Assembly (NCBI GenBank): GCA_038997165.1
Contig: JAWBAK010000002.1
Location: 3,083 to 67,082, forward strand
Length of the DNA stretch: 64,000 nucleotides
Source: Candidatus Aenigmatarchaeota archaeon
Lineage (GTDB): Archaea; Aenigmatarchaeota; Aenigmatarchaeia; CG10238-14; SpSt-28
Reading direction: 5' to 3'
Position 1 is the first letter of the stretch. Every line of letters begins with the position of its first letter. The position numbers and the translations under genes were made by a program. Shown here piece by piece: positions 45,493-55,487 of the stretch. The notes beneath the pieces are model-generated. The model had not been told where the DNA came from. It saw nothing but the letters and a program-made list of their open reading frames with translations, and searched no databases.

Positions 45493-45552
45493 TATTTATC
45501 ATTATTTGTTACTACTGAAAAGTATTTATATTTTTTCTTTCTTAAATATAGT

Positions 45553-45909
45553 ATGTTCAAAGGACCTTGTGGAAAAGTAAAAGACTGGAAAGAGTTGTTA
45601 GATGAAAATACAAAGCAAACTTTAAAGGAATTGATTCAGAAAACTCAACTCTATATGCCAGCAATATGTGCAGCAGATGATGTAAAAATAGCCCAACTTT
45701 GGATAGCTTTAGTAATGTTAAAAAAAGAATTGGATGAAAAATCAAAGCTTTTAGAAATTGCAGTACAACCTTGGAAAGCAATAATAGAAATAGGAGAAAC
45801 AGAAAAGAGAAAAACTATTGAAAGAATAGTTAGCGATATAATTCAACCAAAAGATAAAGAACAAAAAGAAATTGTTGATAAGTTGGTAGATTCATTAATG
45901 AAATTCTAA
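45553..45909 (+). CDS. hypothetical protein
   Basis: 118-aa helical ORF. No family recognised. Confidence 0.3.
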   Translation: MFKGPCGKVKDWKELLDENTKQTLKELIQKTQLYMPAICAADDVKIAQLWIALVMLKKELDEKSKLLEIAVQPWKAIIEIGETEKRKTIERIVSDIIQPKDKEQKEIVDKLVDSLMKF

Positions 45910-45933
45910 TCTTTTTTTATTTTTTTATTTGTA

Positions 45934-47124
45934 TTAAATTTTTATTAAATGTAATTTTTGAATGTTATTATCTTTTATTAATACTGGTACTTCATTTAAT
46001 GTTAAGTCAGAAAATGATTCGCGCATTCCAAATAATATTTTTTCTAAGTCACTTACTTGAGAAGAAGAAATTGTAACATAAGTAAGATTTGCGGGCTCAG
46101 AAATTTTAATATTTTTTAAATTACAATTTAGTAGATTTGCTCCAGAAAGATTAGCACCGGAAAGATTTGCTCCAGAAAGATCAGCACCTTCTAGGTTAGC
46201 TCTTAAAAGATTTGCTCCAGAAAGATCTGCATTTCTTAAATTGGCTTTATAAATATCTGCTTCGGTTAAATTTGCTTTTGGGAAATTTGCTCCACGTAAT
46301 ACTGCATATTTTAAATTGGTTTGTGATAAATCTGAGCCAGAAAAATCTGCTTCTGATGCTATACTAGTACTAAGAATTGCTTTATGTAAATTCGATTCTA
46401 AAAATTTTGCTTCTAAAAGAATTGAATTATAAAGACTTGCCCCTTGTAAATTAGTATTTGTAAAAGATGCATTTTTTAAATTAGAATAATCAAGATATGC
46501 TTCTCTTAGTTCACAATCAATAAACTTTGCTTTTTCAAAATTCCCTTCAGAAATATCTGCTCTTTGGAAACCACATTTAGAAAAAGTAGCATTTTCAGCA
46601 TCTATATGTGAAAAATTTCCTTCGTTAAATAATGTATTTATAGCAGTTACGTTTCTTAATGTTGAATATTGAGAATTCGAATTTTTAAAAATACATTCTA
46701 AAAATGTTGAATTAGTAAAATTTGTATAAGGACAATATGAACCAAAAAAAGATACATTTGAAAATTTACATTCTTTAAAATTTGAACCAGAAAGATCTGT
46801 AAAGGAAAAATCTACTTTATCAAATTTTGAATAATTAAAATTTCCTCGAGAAATAACAGCTCTTGTAAAATCTACATTTTCTGCTTGTAAATTTGGTAAA
46901 GAAAGATTTGGCATTATAACTCCAATAAATAAAGAATCTCTAATAATAGTTGGTTCACAGGAAAACCTATTTTTCTTTTGTTCTTCAATAAATTTTTTAT
47001 ATTTTTCATATCTACTTAAATCATCTTCTTTCACTCTTATATTTCTTAATTCTTTTGAATGGTATAATCTTTCTATAAAATTCTCTCCATTAATTTTTTG
47101 ATATTTATTTTTTGTACTTTCCAT
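45934..47124 (-). CDS. pentapeptide-repeat protein
   Basis: Long run of A(D/N)LxG pentapeptides ('ADLSGANLLRANLEGADLSGANLSGANLSGANLLNCNL'). Confidence 0.8.
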   Translation of the reverse strand: MESTKNKYQKINGENFIERLYHSKELRNIRVKEDDLSRYEKYKKFIEEQKKNRFSCEPTIIRDSLFIGVIMPNLSLPNLQAENVDFTRAVISRGNFNYSKFDKVDFSFTDLSGSNFKECKFSNVSFFGSYCPYTNFTNSTFLECIFKNSNSQYSTLRNVTAINTLFNEGNFSHIDAENATFSKCGFQRADISEGNFEKAKFIDCELREAYLDYSNLKNASFTNTNLQGASLYNSILLEAKFLESNLHKAILSTSIASEADFSGSDLSQTNLKYAVLRGANFPKANLTEADIYKANLRNADLSGANLLRANLEGADLSGANLSGANLSGANLLNCNLKNIKISEPANLTYVTISSSQVSDLEKILFGMRESFSDLTLNEVPVLIKDNNIQKLHLIKI

Positions 47125-47201
47125 ACTACTTATAGGAAGTTAATTTATTTATTTTTTTCTTTTTTTAAATTACTATAAATATTTTCCTAAAACTAATATT
47201 T

Positions 47202-47528
47202 ATGGTTGAATTAAGTGAAGAAAAACAAAGAGAATTTTTAATTTTGCAGCAACAATATCAAAATGTAATTGTTGAAATAGAAACTTTAAAAATAAGAAAT
47301 AAGGAAATTGAAGAAGTTTTAGAAGAACTTCAAAAATCCGAAAGACAAGAAGCATATAAATTAATTGGAAATGTTTTAGTTAAAAAAAGTAAAGAGGAAA
47401 TAATAAATGAGCTTAAAGAAGAAAAAGAAATTATTGATTTAAGATTTAAAAATTTAGAAAAACAAAAGCAAAAATTAGAGGAAAAATTAAATGAGTTTAG
47501 AAAATTATTGGAGAAAAAAGAGAAATAA
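47202..47528 (+). CDS. pfdB: prefoldin beta subunit
   Basis: Two coiled-coil arms flanking 'EAYKLIGNVLVKKSKEE' beta-hairpin region. Size 108 aa. Confidence 0.65.
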   Translation: MVELSEEKQREFLILQQQYQNVIVEIETLKIRNKEIEEVLEELQKSERQEAYKLIGNVLVKKSKEEIINELKEEKEIIDLRFKNLEKQKQKLEEKLNEFRKLLEKKEK

Positions 47529-47551
47529 TAATATTTTTTCTTTATAATATT

Positions 47552-47887
47552 ATGGTAATAAAGAAAATTGTTGAAAAACTGAAAGGAAAGAAAAGAGAAA
47601 TAGAAGAGGAAGAAGTTGAAATAGTAACACCAGAAGAAGAAAAGAAAAATAAAGTATATGTAATGAAATTAAAAGATTTTAACGATACATATCAAGTTCA
47701 AAATTTATTAAGAGAAGGATATGTTGTTATTTTGAGTATAAAAGAGTTGAAAACGAAAGATGTAAGTGAATTAAAAAGAAGTGTAGATAGAATAAGAAAA
47801 ACTGTTGAAGCTATTGGTGGAGATATTGTTGGAGTAGAAGAAGATATTATTATAGCAACACCCAGTGGAATTAAAGTAGAAAGATAA
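47552..47887 (+). CDS. sepF: SepF-like (DUF552) cell-division protein
   Basis: 'VYVMKLKDFNDTYQVQNLLREGYVVILSIKEL...KRSVDRIRKTVEAIGGDIVGVEEDIIIATP' follows the SepF core pattern. Confidence 0.5.
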   Translation: MVIKKIVEKLKGKKREIEEEEVEIVTPEEEKKNKVYVMKLKDFNDTYQVQNLLREGYVVILSIKELKTKDVSELKRSVDRIRKTVEAIGGDIVGVEEDIIIATPSGIKVER

Positions 47888-47939
47888 ATTTTTAATTTTT
47901 TAGATAAAGCTTAAGTCGTTACCTAGTTGCACAGTTATC

Positions 47940-47947
47940 TTTAAATA
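47940..47947 (+). promoter_or_regulatory. TATA box (tttaaata) ~25 nt upstream of thermosome ATG, implying leaderless transcript
   Basis: Position and sequence read directly. Spacing is typical of archaeal promoters. Confidence 0.4.
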
Positions 47948-47968
47948 TACTTTTTTAAATTATTATAT

Positions 47969-49642
47969 ATGGCCGAACAACCAAAAGCCTTACTTGCTCA
48001 ACTAGGAGGACAACCAGTACTAATATTACCAGAAGGAACAATAAGAACTACAGGAAGGGATGCTCTAAGAAATAATATAGCAGCAGCAAAGGCTTTAGGA
48101 GAAACAATAAAATCAACTTTAGGACCTAAAGGAATGGATAAAATGCTAGTAGATAGCTTAGGAGATATAACAATAACAAACGATGGAGTAACAATACTAG
48201 AAGAAATGGAAATAGAACATCCAGCAGCTAAAATGTTAGTTGAAGTTGCAAAAACTTTAAATCAAGAAGTTGGTGATGGAACAACAAGTAGTGTAGTTTT
48301 TGCAAGTGAATTATTAAGAAAAGCGGAAGAATTATTAGATCAAGATATTCATCCAACTGTAATAATTAGAGGATATAGAATTGCACTAGATATTGCTAGA
48401 AAAACATTAGAAAAAATTGCAAAAAAAGTTACATTAAAGGATAGAGAAATATTAAAGAAAATTGCGCTAACTTCAATGAGTGGAAAGTCTGCATTAGCTC
48501 AAAGTCCAAAAATAATGGAAAAAATAGCAGATTTGGTTGTTGAAGCTGTATTAACTGTTGCTAAAGAAGAAAATGGAAAAATAATTATCGATAGAGAAGA
48601 TATAAAAAGAGAAAAGAAAGCAGGTGGAAGTATTGAAGATACAGAATTAATTAAAGGAATCGTAATAGATAAAGAGGTTGTTCATCCACAAATGCCAAAA
48701 GTTGTTAAAGATGCAAAAATCGCATTATTAGATACTGCATTAGAAGTTAAGGAAACAGAAACAGATGCAGAAATTAGAATTACTAAACCAGAAGAACTAA
48801 AAGCATTTCTAGCTGAAGAAGAAAAAATGCTTAAAGAAATGGTTGAAAAAATTGCAAAAGTAGGAGCTAATGTTGTATTTTGTCAAAAAGGAATAGATGA
48901 TTTAGCTCAACATTTCTTAGCTAAAAAAGGAATATTAGCTGTAAGAAGAGTTAAAAGAAGTGATATGGAAAAGTTAGCTAAAGCAACTGGAGCAAGAATT
49001 GTAACCAATTTAGATGATTTAACTGAAAAAGATTTAGGATATGCAGAAATTGTTGAAGAAAAAAGAGTTGGTGGAGAAAATATGGTATTTGTAAGAGGTT
49101 GTAAAAATCCAAAATCTGTAACTATATTAGCTAGAGGAGGTACAGAGCATGTAGTTGAAGAAATCGATAGAAGCATTGAAGATGCTATCGGTGCAGTAAC
49201 TTCTGCATTAGCAGATGGATATTTTGTTGCTGGTGGAGGAGCACCTGAAATGGAAATTGCAATTAACGTTAGAAAAGAAGCTCAAAAATACAGTGGAAGA
49301 GAACAGTTAGCAATATTAGCTTTTGCAGATGCAATAGAAGTTATTCCAAAAGCTATTGCAGAAAATGCGGGAATGGATACTATCGATATTATATTAAAAT
49401 TAAGAGCTGAACACGAAAAAGGAAATGTAACATATGGAGTAGATGTTGATAAGGGAGATGTAGGAGATATGCTAGAAAAAGGAGTAATTGAACCATTAAG
49501 AGTTAAAACACAAATGATAGCTAGTGCAACAGAAGCTGCAGAAATGATATTAAGAATAGATGATATAATTGCAGCAGGAAAATCAAAGAAAGAAGAAGGT
49601 AAAAAAGAAGAAGAGGGAGAAGAATCAGTTGGTGAAGACTAA
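47969..49642 (+). CDS. ths: thermosome subunit (group II chaperonin)
   Basis: '[12 protein letters not shown]', 'ITNDGVTIL', 'VGDGTTS', 'GGGAPE'. Acidic Gly/Glu-rich tail. Confidence 0.9.
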   Translation: MAEQPKALLAQLGGQPVLILPEGTIRTTGRDALRNNIAAAKALGETIKSTLGPKGMDKMLVDSLGDITITNDGVTILEEMEIEHPAAKMLVEVAKTLNQEVGDGTTSSVVFASELLRKAEELLDQDIHPTVIIRGYRIALDIARKTLEKIAKKVTLKDREILKKIALTSMSGKSALAQSPKIMEKIADLVVEAVLTVAKEENGKIIIDREDIKREKKAGGSIEDTELIKGIVIDKEVVHPQMPKVVKDAKIALLDTALEVKETETDAEIRITKPEELKAFLAEEEKMLKEMVEKIAKVGANVVFCQKGIDDLAQHFLAKKGILAVRRVKRSDMEKLAKATGARIVTNLDDLTEKDLGYAEIVEEKRVGGENMVFVRGCKNPKSVTILARGGTEHVVEEIDRSIEDAIGAVTSALADGYFVAGGGAPEMEIAINVRKEAQKYSGREQLAILAFADAIEVIPKAIAENAGMDTIDIILKLRAEHEKGNVTYGVDVDKGDVGDMLEKGVIEPLRVKTQMIASATEAAEMILRIDDIIAAGKSKKEEGKKEEEGEESVGED

Positions 49643-49645
49643 TTC

Positions 49646-50020
49646 TTAACTTTCTTTTATTTTTATTTTTTCTTCAAGTTTTTCCAATCGCTTTTTATCA
49701 TTTAAATTTAAATTTATTATCATTACTTTAGAAGGATGAATAGGCACTAATACTTCTTCTCCTCTAGCTCTTTTTCTTGTTATACCTTCAACATATACTC
49801 TTAACTTTTTATAATCAATTTTAACTATTTTTCCTTTTTTACCTTTATATTTTCCCCTCATTATTATTACTTCATCACCAACTCTTAATGGAAAACTTCT
49901 TCTTTTATACTTTTCTCTTAATTCTTTTGATAAATGTGCTGATAGCAATTTTCTTCTAATATGCCATTTAGCTTCTTTTAATTTTTTTCTTTGTTTTCTA
50001 GGCTTTTTACTTTTTGTCAT
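49646..50020 (-). CDS. rpl24: 50S ribosomal protein uL24
   Basis: 'LSKELREKYKRRSFPLRVGDEVIIMRGKYKGKKGKIVKID' KOW domain, collinear with archaeal L24 by memory. Confidence 0.8.
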   Translation of the reverse strand: MTKSKKPRKQRKKLKEAKWHIRRKLLSAHLSKELREKYKRRSFPLRVGDEVIIMRGKYKGKKGKIVKIDYKKLRVYVEGITRKRARGEEVLVPIHPSKVMIINLNLNDKKRLEKLEEKIKIKES

Positions 50021-50064
50021 TATTATGATAAATTAATATTAAAAATTTAAACTTTTTAGTTTAA

Positions 50065-50427
50065 TTATTTAACTGTTACAGATTTTGCTAAATTTCTAGG
50101 ATAATCTGGATTATTTCCTTTTTTTATAGCTAAAAGATAAGCTAAAATTTGCATTGGAATTATTTGATAGATAACTATATCTTCTCTTCCATCTGGTATT
50201 TTTATCCAAATATCAAAAACAGGATCATTAAATGGAGAAACTCTAAGCTTGCTGGAAAAAAGATTGGAAACTGAAATAACAATAAAATCTTTACCTTTAA
50301 TTTTTGATTTAGATGAATATTTTTGTGTCGCTATTAAAGAAAAAGATTTGAATGGAGATGGATATATAGATAAAATTGATATCTTAGAAATAAATAAATT
50401 ATAAGTAAAATTTTTTGATTTTTGCAA
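50065..50427 (-). pseudogene. remnant of glmS (glucosamine-6-phosphate synthase) C-terminal SIS domain
   Basis: Last ~45 aa '[46 protein letters not shown]' matches the GlmS C-terminus (...[26 protein letters not shown]). Upstream residues do not match, and no N-terminal glutaminase or first SIS domain is present. Confidence 0.45.
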
Positions 50428-50839
50428 TTAAACCATAAGTTGAATTTTCTATTTCATTATAGTTAAATTTAGCTTTTGCAATTCCAATTAAATTATTGTT
50501 TTCATCAATTACTATTATATCATCTCCACTCCTAAAATCTTTACTATATTCTAAAATATTTTTTCTTATTATGTTTTTTGTTTTTTTAATATCATTTATA
50601 AATTCATTCTTAACTTTTATATAAAACTTTTTAGTTTCAACTAAAATTTTAGTGAATTCTATATTAATCGAAAAGAGAAAAAATTTTGGATTTAGATACA
50701 AAAATAAATTGTTGTTTAAATAAATTTCAATTTTTCTTGATCTAAATCTTTTTATTTTTAAATCTAAATTTTCAATTCTTTTTCTTATTTCTCTTCCAAA
50801 TTGAAATTCAACTATATCTAATAATTCTTCTAAATTCAT
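50399..50839 (-). CDS. PUA-domain-like small protein, hypothetical
   Basis: '[26 protein letters not shown]' resembles a PUA beta-barrel motif. Confidence 0.3.
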   Translation of the reverse strand: MNLEELLDIVEFQFGREIRKRIENLDLKIKRFRSRKIEIYLNNNLFLYLNPKFFLFSINIEFTKILVETKKFYIKVKNEFINDIKKTKNIIRKNILEYSKDFRSGDDIIVIDENNNLIGIAKAKFNYNEIENSTYGLIAKIKKFYL

Positions 50840-50870
50840 AATTTACAATAAATTTTAAAAATACTATTAT

Positions 50871-50953
50871 GCCGGGGTCGCCTAGTGGATATGGCGCGGG
50901 CCTGGAGAGCCCGTGGGCGAAAGCCCGCGTGGGTTCGAATCCCACCCCCGGCG
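50871..50953 (+). tRNA. tRNA-Ser (anticodon GGA), class II with long variable arm
   Basis: gccgggg acceptor, cgggc-ctGGAga-gcccg anticodon arm, variable arm tgggcgaaagcccgcg, T-arm gtgggttcgaatcccac. Confidence 0.85.
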
Positions 50954-50994
50954 AAATTTTTTAAATAATTTTTCTTTTTGCTATTATTTTCTTT

Positions 50995-52392
50995 ATGAAC
51001 AATTTCAATCTAATTTCAGCATATATCGCAACAATTATAATTCTTGTTATAACTATTGGAATCGGAGCTGTTCTTTATTTATATTTTAGTGGATATATTT
51101 CACAATTAACTTCTGAAACAGAAGAAGCAACAACGATAAAATCTATTATTGAATGTTCAAAAGCAAGAATTGATAGCTATGCGTATATAACTACTACTAC
51201 TTCAAAAGATTTTAAATATGGAGATTTTAACTATAGAATTCCAATAACAATAACAGAAAGAAGCGGAAATACTTTAATTGACTACCAAGTCTTAGTAGTA
51301 ATAAATACACAAAATTTAATTTCTCAAGGCAAAATGAGAAATGATTGTGGAGATATTAGATTTACCGATAGTGATGGAAAAACTTTATTGAATTATTGGA
51401 TTGAACCGAATACATGTAATACCGAAAATACGAGAATTTGGGTTAAAGTTCCATACATTCCTGCTAGTTCAACAAAAACAATTTATTTATACTATGGAAA
51501 CCCAGAAGCAACATCTTTAAGCAATGGAACAGCTACATTTATTGCTTTTGATTGGAAATTTGATGGACCAATCTCAGCAGGAACATATCATACTTGCGCA
51601 TTATTATCTAATGGCTCTATCATGTGCTGGGGAAGTAATTGGGCTGGTCAACTAGGTCTCGGCTACACATCATATTCAGAACAAACCCCCAAACAAGTTA
51701 TTGGTATAGACAATGCAATAGCAATATCAACAGGAGCTTTTCACACCTGCGCATTACTCTCTAATGGTTCTATCATGTGCTGGGGAGATAACACTGCCGG
51801 TCAATTAGGTCTCGGATATACAAGTGATCCTATACCCTACCCACAGCAAGTTATTGGTATAGATAATGCCATTGTAATTTCATCAGGAGCTTATCACACC
51901 TGCGCCTTACTATCTAATGGTTCTATCATGTGCTGGGGATATAACGGACATGGCCAACTAGGTCTTGGCTACACAATAGACTATGCACCAATCCCACAAC
52001 AAACACTAAACTACAACTTAGGTGGTATGTATTTCAAAACCAACGATATTTACACACCACATACTCCAAACGATATTTATTTTGTTAGGGTTTATGTAGA
52101 AATAGAACCAACAGTTTCTTTAGGAAGTGAAGAAACTTCACCAATAATAAAACTAACTATGATAAATTTAGGTATTGAGTTAGGTAAAAGATATTTAATA
52201 AAATTAATCTATGAAGATGGAAAAGTAATTGTTAGAAATATAACTCTCGATAAAAATCTTAGCTCTGGAGAATCAAAAGAAATTTATTTAACAGATTTAT
52301 CAAAAGGAAGAATTAGGAAAATAGAAATTTATAGTATAGATGTTTGTCCAAATATGTTAGTTGGAATTAGAAGTGTAAATATTGAGGTTTAA
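50995..52392 (+). CDS. N-anchored secreted protein with DUF2341-like domain and three RCC1-like repeats
   Basis: 'DIRFTDSDGKTLLNYWIE...IWVKVPYIP...IYLYYGN' (DUF2341-like). Then 3x 'GAYHTCALLSNGSIMCWG(S/D/Y)N..GQLGLGYT' RCC1 repeats, encoded by ~150-bp near-identical DNA repeats (approx 51580-52010). Confidence 0.7.
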   Translation: MNNFNLISAYIATIIILVITIGIGAVLYLYFSGYISQLTSETEEATTIKSIIECSKARIDSYAYITTTTSKDFKYGDFNYRIPITITERSGNTLIDYQVLVVINTQNLISQGKMRNDCGDIRFTDSDGKTLLNYWIEPNTCNTENTRIWVKVPYIPASSTKTIYLYYGNPEATSLSNGTATFIAFDWKFDGPISAGTYHTCALLSNGSIMCWGSNWAGQLGLGYTSYSEQTPKQVIGIDNAIAISTGAFHTCALLSNGSIMCWGDNTAGQLGLGYTSDPIPYPQQVIGIDNAIVISSGAYHTCALLSNGSIMCWGYNGHGQLGLGYTIDYAPIPQQTLNYNLGGMYFKTNDIYTPHTPNDIYFVRVYVEIEPTVSLGSEETSPIIKLTMINLGIELGKRYLIKLIYEDGKVIVRNITLDKNLSSGESKEIYLTDLSKGRIRKIEIYSIDVCPNMLVGIRSVNIEV

Positions 52393-52787
52393 ACAACTAT
52401 ACTTGCAATTTTTCCTATTGCACTAAATCTTTCAACAACTTCTTTAGCTACTGGTCCTCTAATTTCTGTTCCTTTCGGTTCTCCTTCTTCATTAACAATT
52501 ATAGCTGCATTATCTTCAAATTTGACTCTTAATCCATTAGCTCTTCTTATTTCTTTTCTTTGCCTAATAATTACAGCCCAAAATAATTGTTTTTTAACTT
52601 CTGGAGTTCCATCTACAACACTAACTTTAACCATATCTGCTAATCCTGCTTTAGGATATCTTTTTCTTCTTCCTTTATAACCTCTTACAGCAATAATTTT
52701 TAAAATTCTTGCACCACTATTATCTGCACAAACTAAATAACTTCCAACGTTTAAAGCTTTTGTTATTTTAGAAGTTATACCTTTCAT
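52389..52787 (-). CDS. rpl14: 50S ribosomal protein uL14
   Basis: 'VGSYLVCADNSGARILKIIAV...VKKQLFWAVIIRQRK' is typical L14. Confidence 0.9.
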   Translation of the reverse strand: MKGITSKITKALNVGSYLVCADNSGARILKIIAVRGYKGRRKRYPKAGLADMVKVSVVDGTPEVKKQLFWAVIIRQRKEIRRANGLRVKFEDNAAIIVNEEGEPKGTEIRGPVAKEVVERFSAIGKIASIVV

Positions 52788-53119
52788 ATTTTAGCTATTA
52801 CTACAAAATGTTTTGTTTTTGAAATTGGTCTAGTTTCACCTATTAAAACTTTATCACCATCCTTAACTTCTATACAATCTGGCAAATGAGCTTTAATTTT
52901 GCTTCTTTTTCTCATATATCTTTCATATTTTGGAACATAAACTACATAATCTCTTTGAACAGTAACTGTTTTGCTCATTTTTGTAGAAACTACAATTCCC
53001 TCTAATAACTTTCCTCTAATTTTAGTGTGACCATGCCATGGACATCTAGTATCGCTACAAAATTTTTCTGGTGGCTTTATTCCTTCTATTCCAATATTGT
53101 TAATTTTAACTTTTGCCAT
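52784..53119 (-). CDS. rps17: 30S ribosomal protein uS17
   Basis: 'GIVVSTKMSKTVTVQRDYVVYVPKYERYMRKRSKIKAH...KDGDKVLIGETRPISKTKHFVV'. Confidence 0.85.
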   Translation of the reverse strand: MAKVKINNIGIEGIKPPEKFCSDTRCPWHGHTKIRGKLLEGIVVSTKMSKTVTVQRDYVVYVPKYERYMRKRSKIKAHLPDCIEVKDGDKVLIGETRPISKTKHFVVIAKI

Positions 53120-53125
53120 ACTAAA

Positions 53126-53722
53126 TTAATCAATACCTAAAATTTTATATATTTTTTCTTTATTTAATTTTTTTACATTTAAAAATTTTATTTTTGCATT
53201 TTTAGCTGCTAATTTATCATATTTACTATCCCCAATAAACACTAAATTTTTTGTTTTAAATTTATTCATTATTTTTATTAAACCTTCTTTATTTGGCTTT
53301 GAATTTTTTACATCTTCTTTACAAACTAAATAATCAAAATATTTTTCTAATTTAAATTTTTTAAGAATTATTCTAGTAATTTTTTTAGATGAAGAAGTAA
53401 ATAATGCAATTTTAATATTTTTTTGTTTTAATTCTTTTAAAATATTAATAACTTTCCTTTTTTTCCTAATTTTTCCAATATTTTTTATAAAATATTTATC
53501 CTTCAGAAGTCTAATTTTTTTAATTTCATTAGAAGAAATATTAGGAATTAAAATTTTAATAATTTCTTCTAATTGAATTCCAACTAATTTTTTAAATTCT
53601 TTATATAATTTTTCAATATTTTTATATCCTAAAGACTTAACTGCAAATTTAAAAGCTTTTGCATGTAATTCAACACTATCAACTAATGTTCCATCTAAAT
53701 CAAAAACTACTACAAATTTCAT
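53126..53722 (-). CDS. HAD-superfamily hydrolase
   Basis: Motif I 'VVFDLDGTLVDS'. Motif IV region 'VFIGDSKYD'. Confidence 0.7.
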   Translation of the reverse strand: MKFVVVFDLDGTLVDSVELHAKAFKFAVKSLGYKNIEKLYKEFKKLVGIQLEEIIKILIPNISSNEIKKIRLLKDKYFIKNIGKIRKKRKVINILKELKQKNIKIALFTSSSKKITRIILKKFKLEKYFDYLVCKEDVKNSKPNKEGLIKIMNKFKTKNLVFIGDSKYDKLAAKNAKIKFLNVKKLNKEKIYKILGID

Positions 53723-53727
53723 AAAAA

Positions 53728-53895
53728 TTAAGTTTTTATTTTTTTTCTTCGCCAGTTTGTTTCTATGTAAGTTCTAATTCTTCTAGTTTTTATTCTTTTT
53801 AATCCAAATTTTTTAATACTAGCCCAAATAGGGGCATCTTTAATTTTTGCTATTCTGGCTAATTTTATTTTTTTTGTTATGTGTTTTATTGCCAT
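53728..53895 (-). CDS. rpl39e: 50S ribosomal protein L39e (55 aa, below ORF-track cutoff)
   Basis: Hand translation gives 'MAIKHITKKIKLARIAKIKDAPIWASIKKFGLKRIKTRRIRTYIETNWRRKKIKT'. The L39e pattern is 'KK.KLAK..K.N...P.W...KT.R.......R.WRR'. Confidence 0.55.
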   Translation of the reverse strand: MAIKHITKKIKLARIAKIKDAPIWASIKKFGLKRIKTRRIRTYIETNWRRKKIKT

Positions 53896-53924
53896 AACAT
53901 TTAGAAATTAAATATTAAAATATT

Positions 53925-54515
53925 TTAATAAAACGATATAGGTAGAATATTCAAATCTTTATAACCACAAGTTTTTTTAATATAATATATTGTTTTAATA
54001 TCTAAATCTTTAACTAGTAATTCTCTAATATTTTCGTAATTATCTTTTCTTATAGCTTCTCTAATCATAGAAGAAGAAATAGATCTCTCTTTATCGTATA
54101 TAACTTTAACGTTAATACCAAAAAAATTAAAAGTAAAAAAGTATAAAGAATAAATTAATTTTCTACTAAGATCTCTTGTAAATATAATAACACTATTTTT
54201 AGAATTTTCAGAAGTTTTACAAGAACTTAAAATTAAATATTGAATATTTTTTAAGAAATTTATATCGAGAATATTTTGTGGTATAATATGGCATTTATTT
54301 CTAAGAAAAGGATAATCATTAATAATAGATCTGATATAATTAATTCTTAATTTAATAGGTATTGGATTTTTTTGAGATAAAATTTCTTTTCCATTTTTTT
54401 CATAGTATATAGGTACAATTATTATTTTATCGCAATTTTCAAAATAATTTATAAGAGTTTTAAAATGTCCTTTATGAAATGGTTGAAATCTACCAATATA
54501 AATTCCTATAATCAT
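53925..54515 (-). CDS. nadM: nicotinamide-nucleotide adenylyltransferase (archaeal NMNAT)
   Basis: 'IIGIYIGRFQPFHKGH' (H/T)xGH nucleotidyltransferase motif, ~190 aa. Confidence 0.7.
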   Translation of the reverse strand: MIIGIYIGRFQPFHKGHFKTLINYFENCDKIIIVPIYYEKNGKEILSQKNPIPIKLRINYIRSIINDYPFLRNKCHIIPQNILDINFLKNIQYLILSSCKTSENSKNSVIIFTRDLSRKLIYSLYFFTFNFFGINVKVIYDKERSISSSMIREAIRKDNYENIRELLVKDLDIKTIYYIKKTCGYKDLNILPISFY

Positions 54516-54551
54516 AATAATTAAAGAATTTATTCTTTTAAAGTAGTTAAT

Positions 54552-55460
54552 TTATTTTAATAAGGATAATTTAAATAAAATTGGTAGTGCTATTGTTGCA
54601 TCACAAAAAATATTAATATGTTTTGCGTTTTCTTTAATTTTATTCCAGCTTATTGCCTCTCTAGTTTTAGCTCCACTTAAGCTACCATCTTCTTCAATTG
54701 CAGTAGAAATATATATTGCATAGTCTAACCCATTTTTAAATTGGGCATGCCAAATTGCATGATGCTTAGAAATTCCACCACCAATTATTAATGCACCCAA
54801 TTTTTTACTTTTCCAAATAATATCGCTTATTAAGCTTTCATCTAAAGAAATATTAATGATAAAATCTTTATATTTTTGATTAAACAACCATATTTGATAT
54901 CCAACGGCACCATCGAAAATTCCAGGAACTACTATTGGAATTTTATTTTTATTTGCCCAATATAATATAGAGCTTTCATTTAATTCCTCCCCAATTATCC
55001 AGCACAATTCATAAGTTGATATTTCTTTTTTCTTTTCATAGATTTTTTTCAATAAATTTTGCATAAAATTTTCAATAGTTTTTCCATAATTTTCAAAAGG
55101 AATTAATATATTACCTAATCTATGAAATCCTTTATTTTTTAATTCTTTATCATCTATTTCAAAATATCCTTGATAATAATTTCCAAAAGATTTTGCAATG
55201 TCATGATCTAACGTTCCACAAGTTGTAATTATTAAATCAAAATACTTCTCTTTTATTAAATCTTTGAATAATCCTCTTAATCCTGTAGAAACCAAATTTC
55301 CGGTAAAAGTTAATATTTTAGTAACATTTTTATCAAATATAAATTCTTTCAAAATTTCTGATGCTATATATAAATTTCTTGCTTGAAAGCCGCCAATATT
55401 TTCAAATACTAAATTTAGATTTTTTAAATCTTCTAATGAAATATCTTTAACATTTTTCAT
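54552..55460 (-). CDS. dys: deoxyhypusine synthase
   Basis: 'FHRLGNILIPFENY', 'ISTAIEEDGSLSGAKTREAISWNKI...DATIALPIL' DHS C-terminal signature. Confidence 0.75.
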   Translation of the reverse strand: MKNVKDISLEDLKNLNLVFENIGGFQARNLYIASEILKEFIFDKNVTKILTFTGNLVSTGLRGLFKDLIKEKYFDLIITTCGTLDHDIAKSFGNYYQGYFEIDDKELKNKGFHRLGNILIPFENYGKTIENFMQNLLKKIYEKKKEISTYELCWIIGEELNESSILYWANKNKIPIVVPGIFDGAVGYQIWLFNQKYKDFIINISLDESLISDIIWKSKKLGALIIGGGISKHHAIWHAQFKNGLDYAIYISTAIEEDGSLSGAKTREAISWNKIKENAKHINIFCDATIALPILFKLSLLK

Positions 55461-55487
55461 AAATAAGAATATTTTTTATTTATTCTT

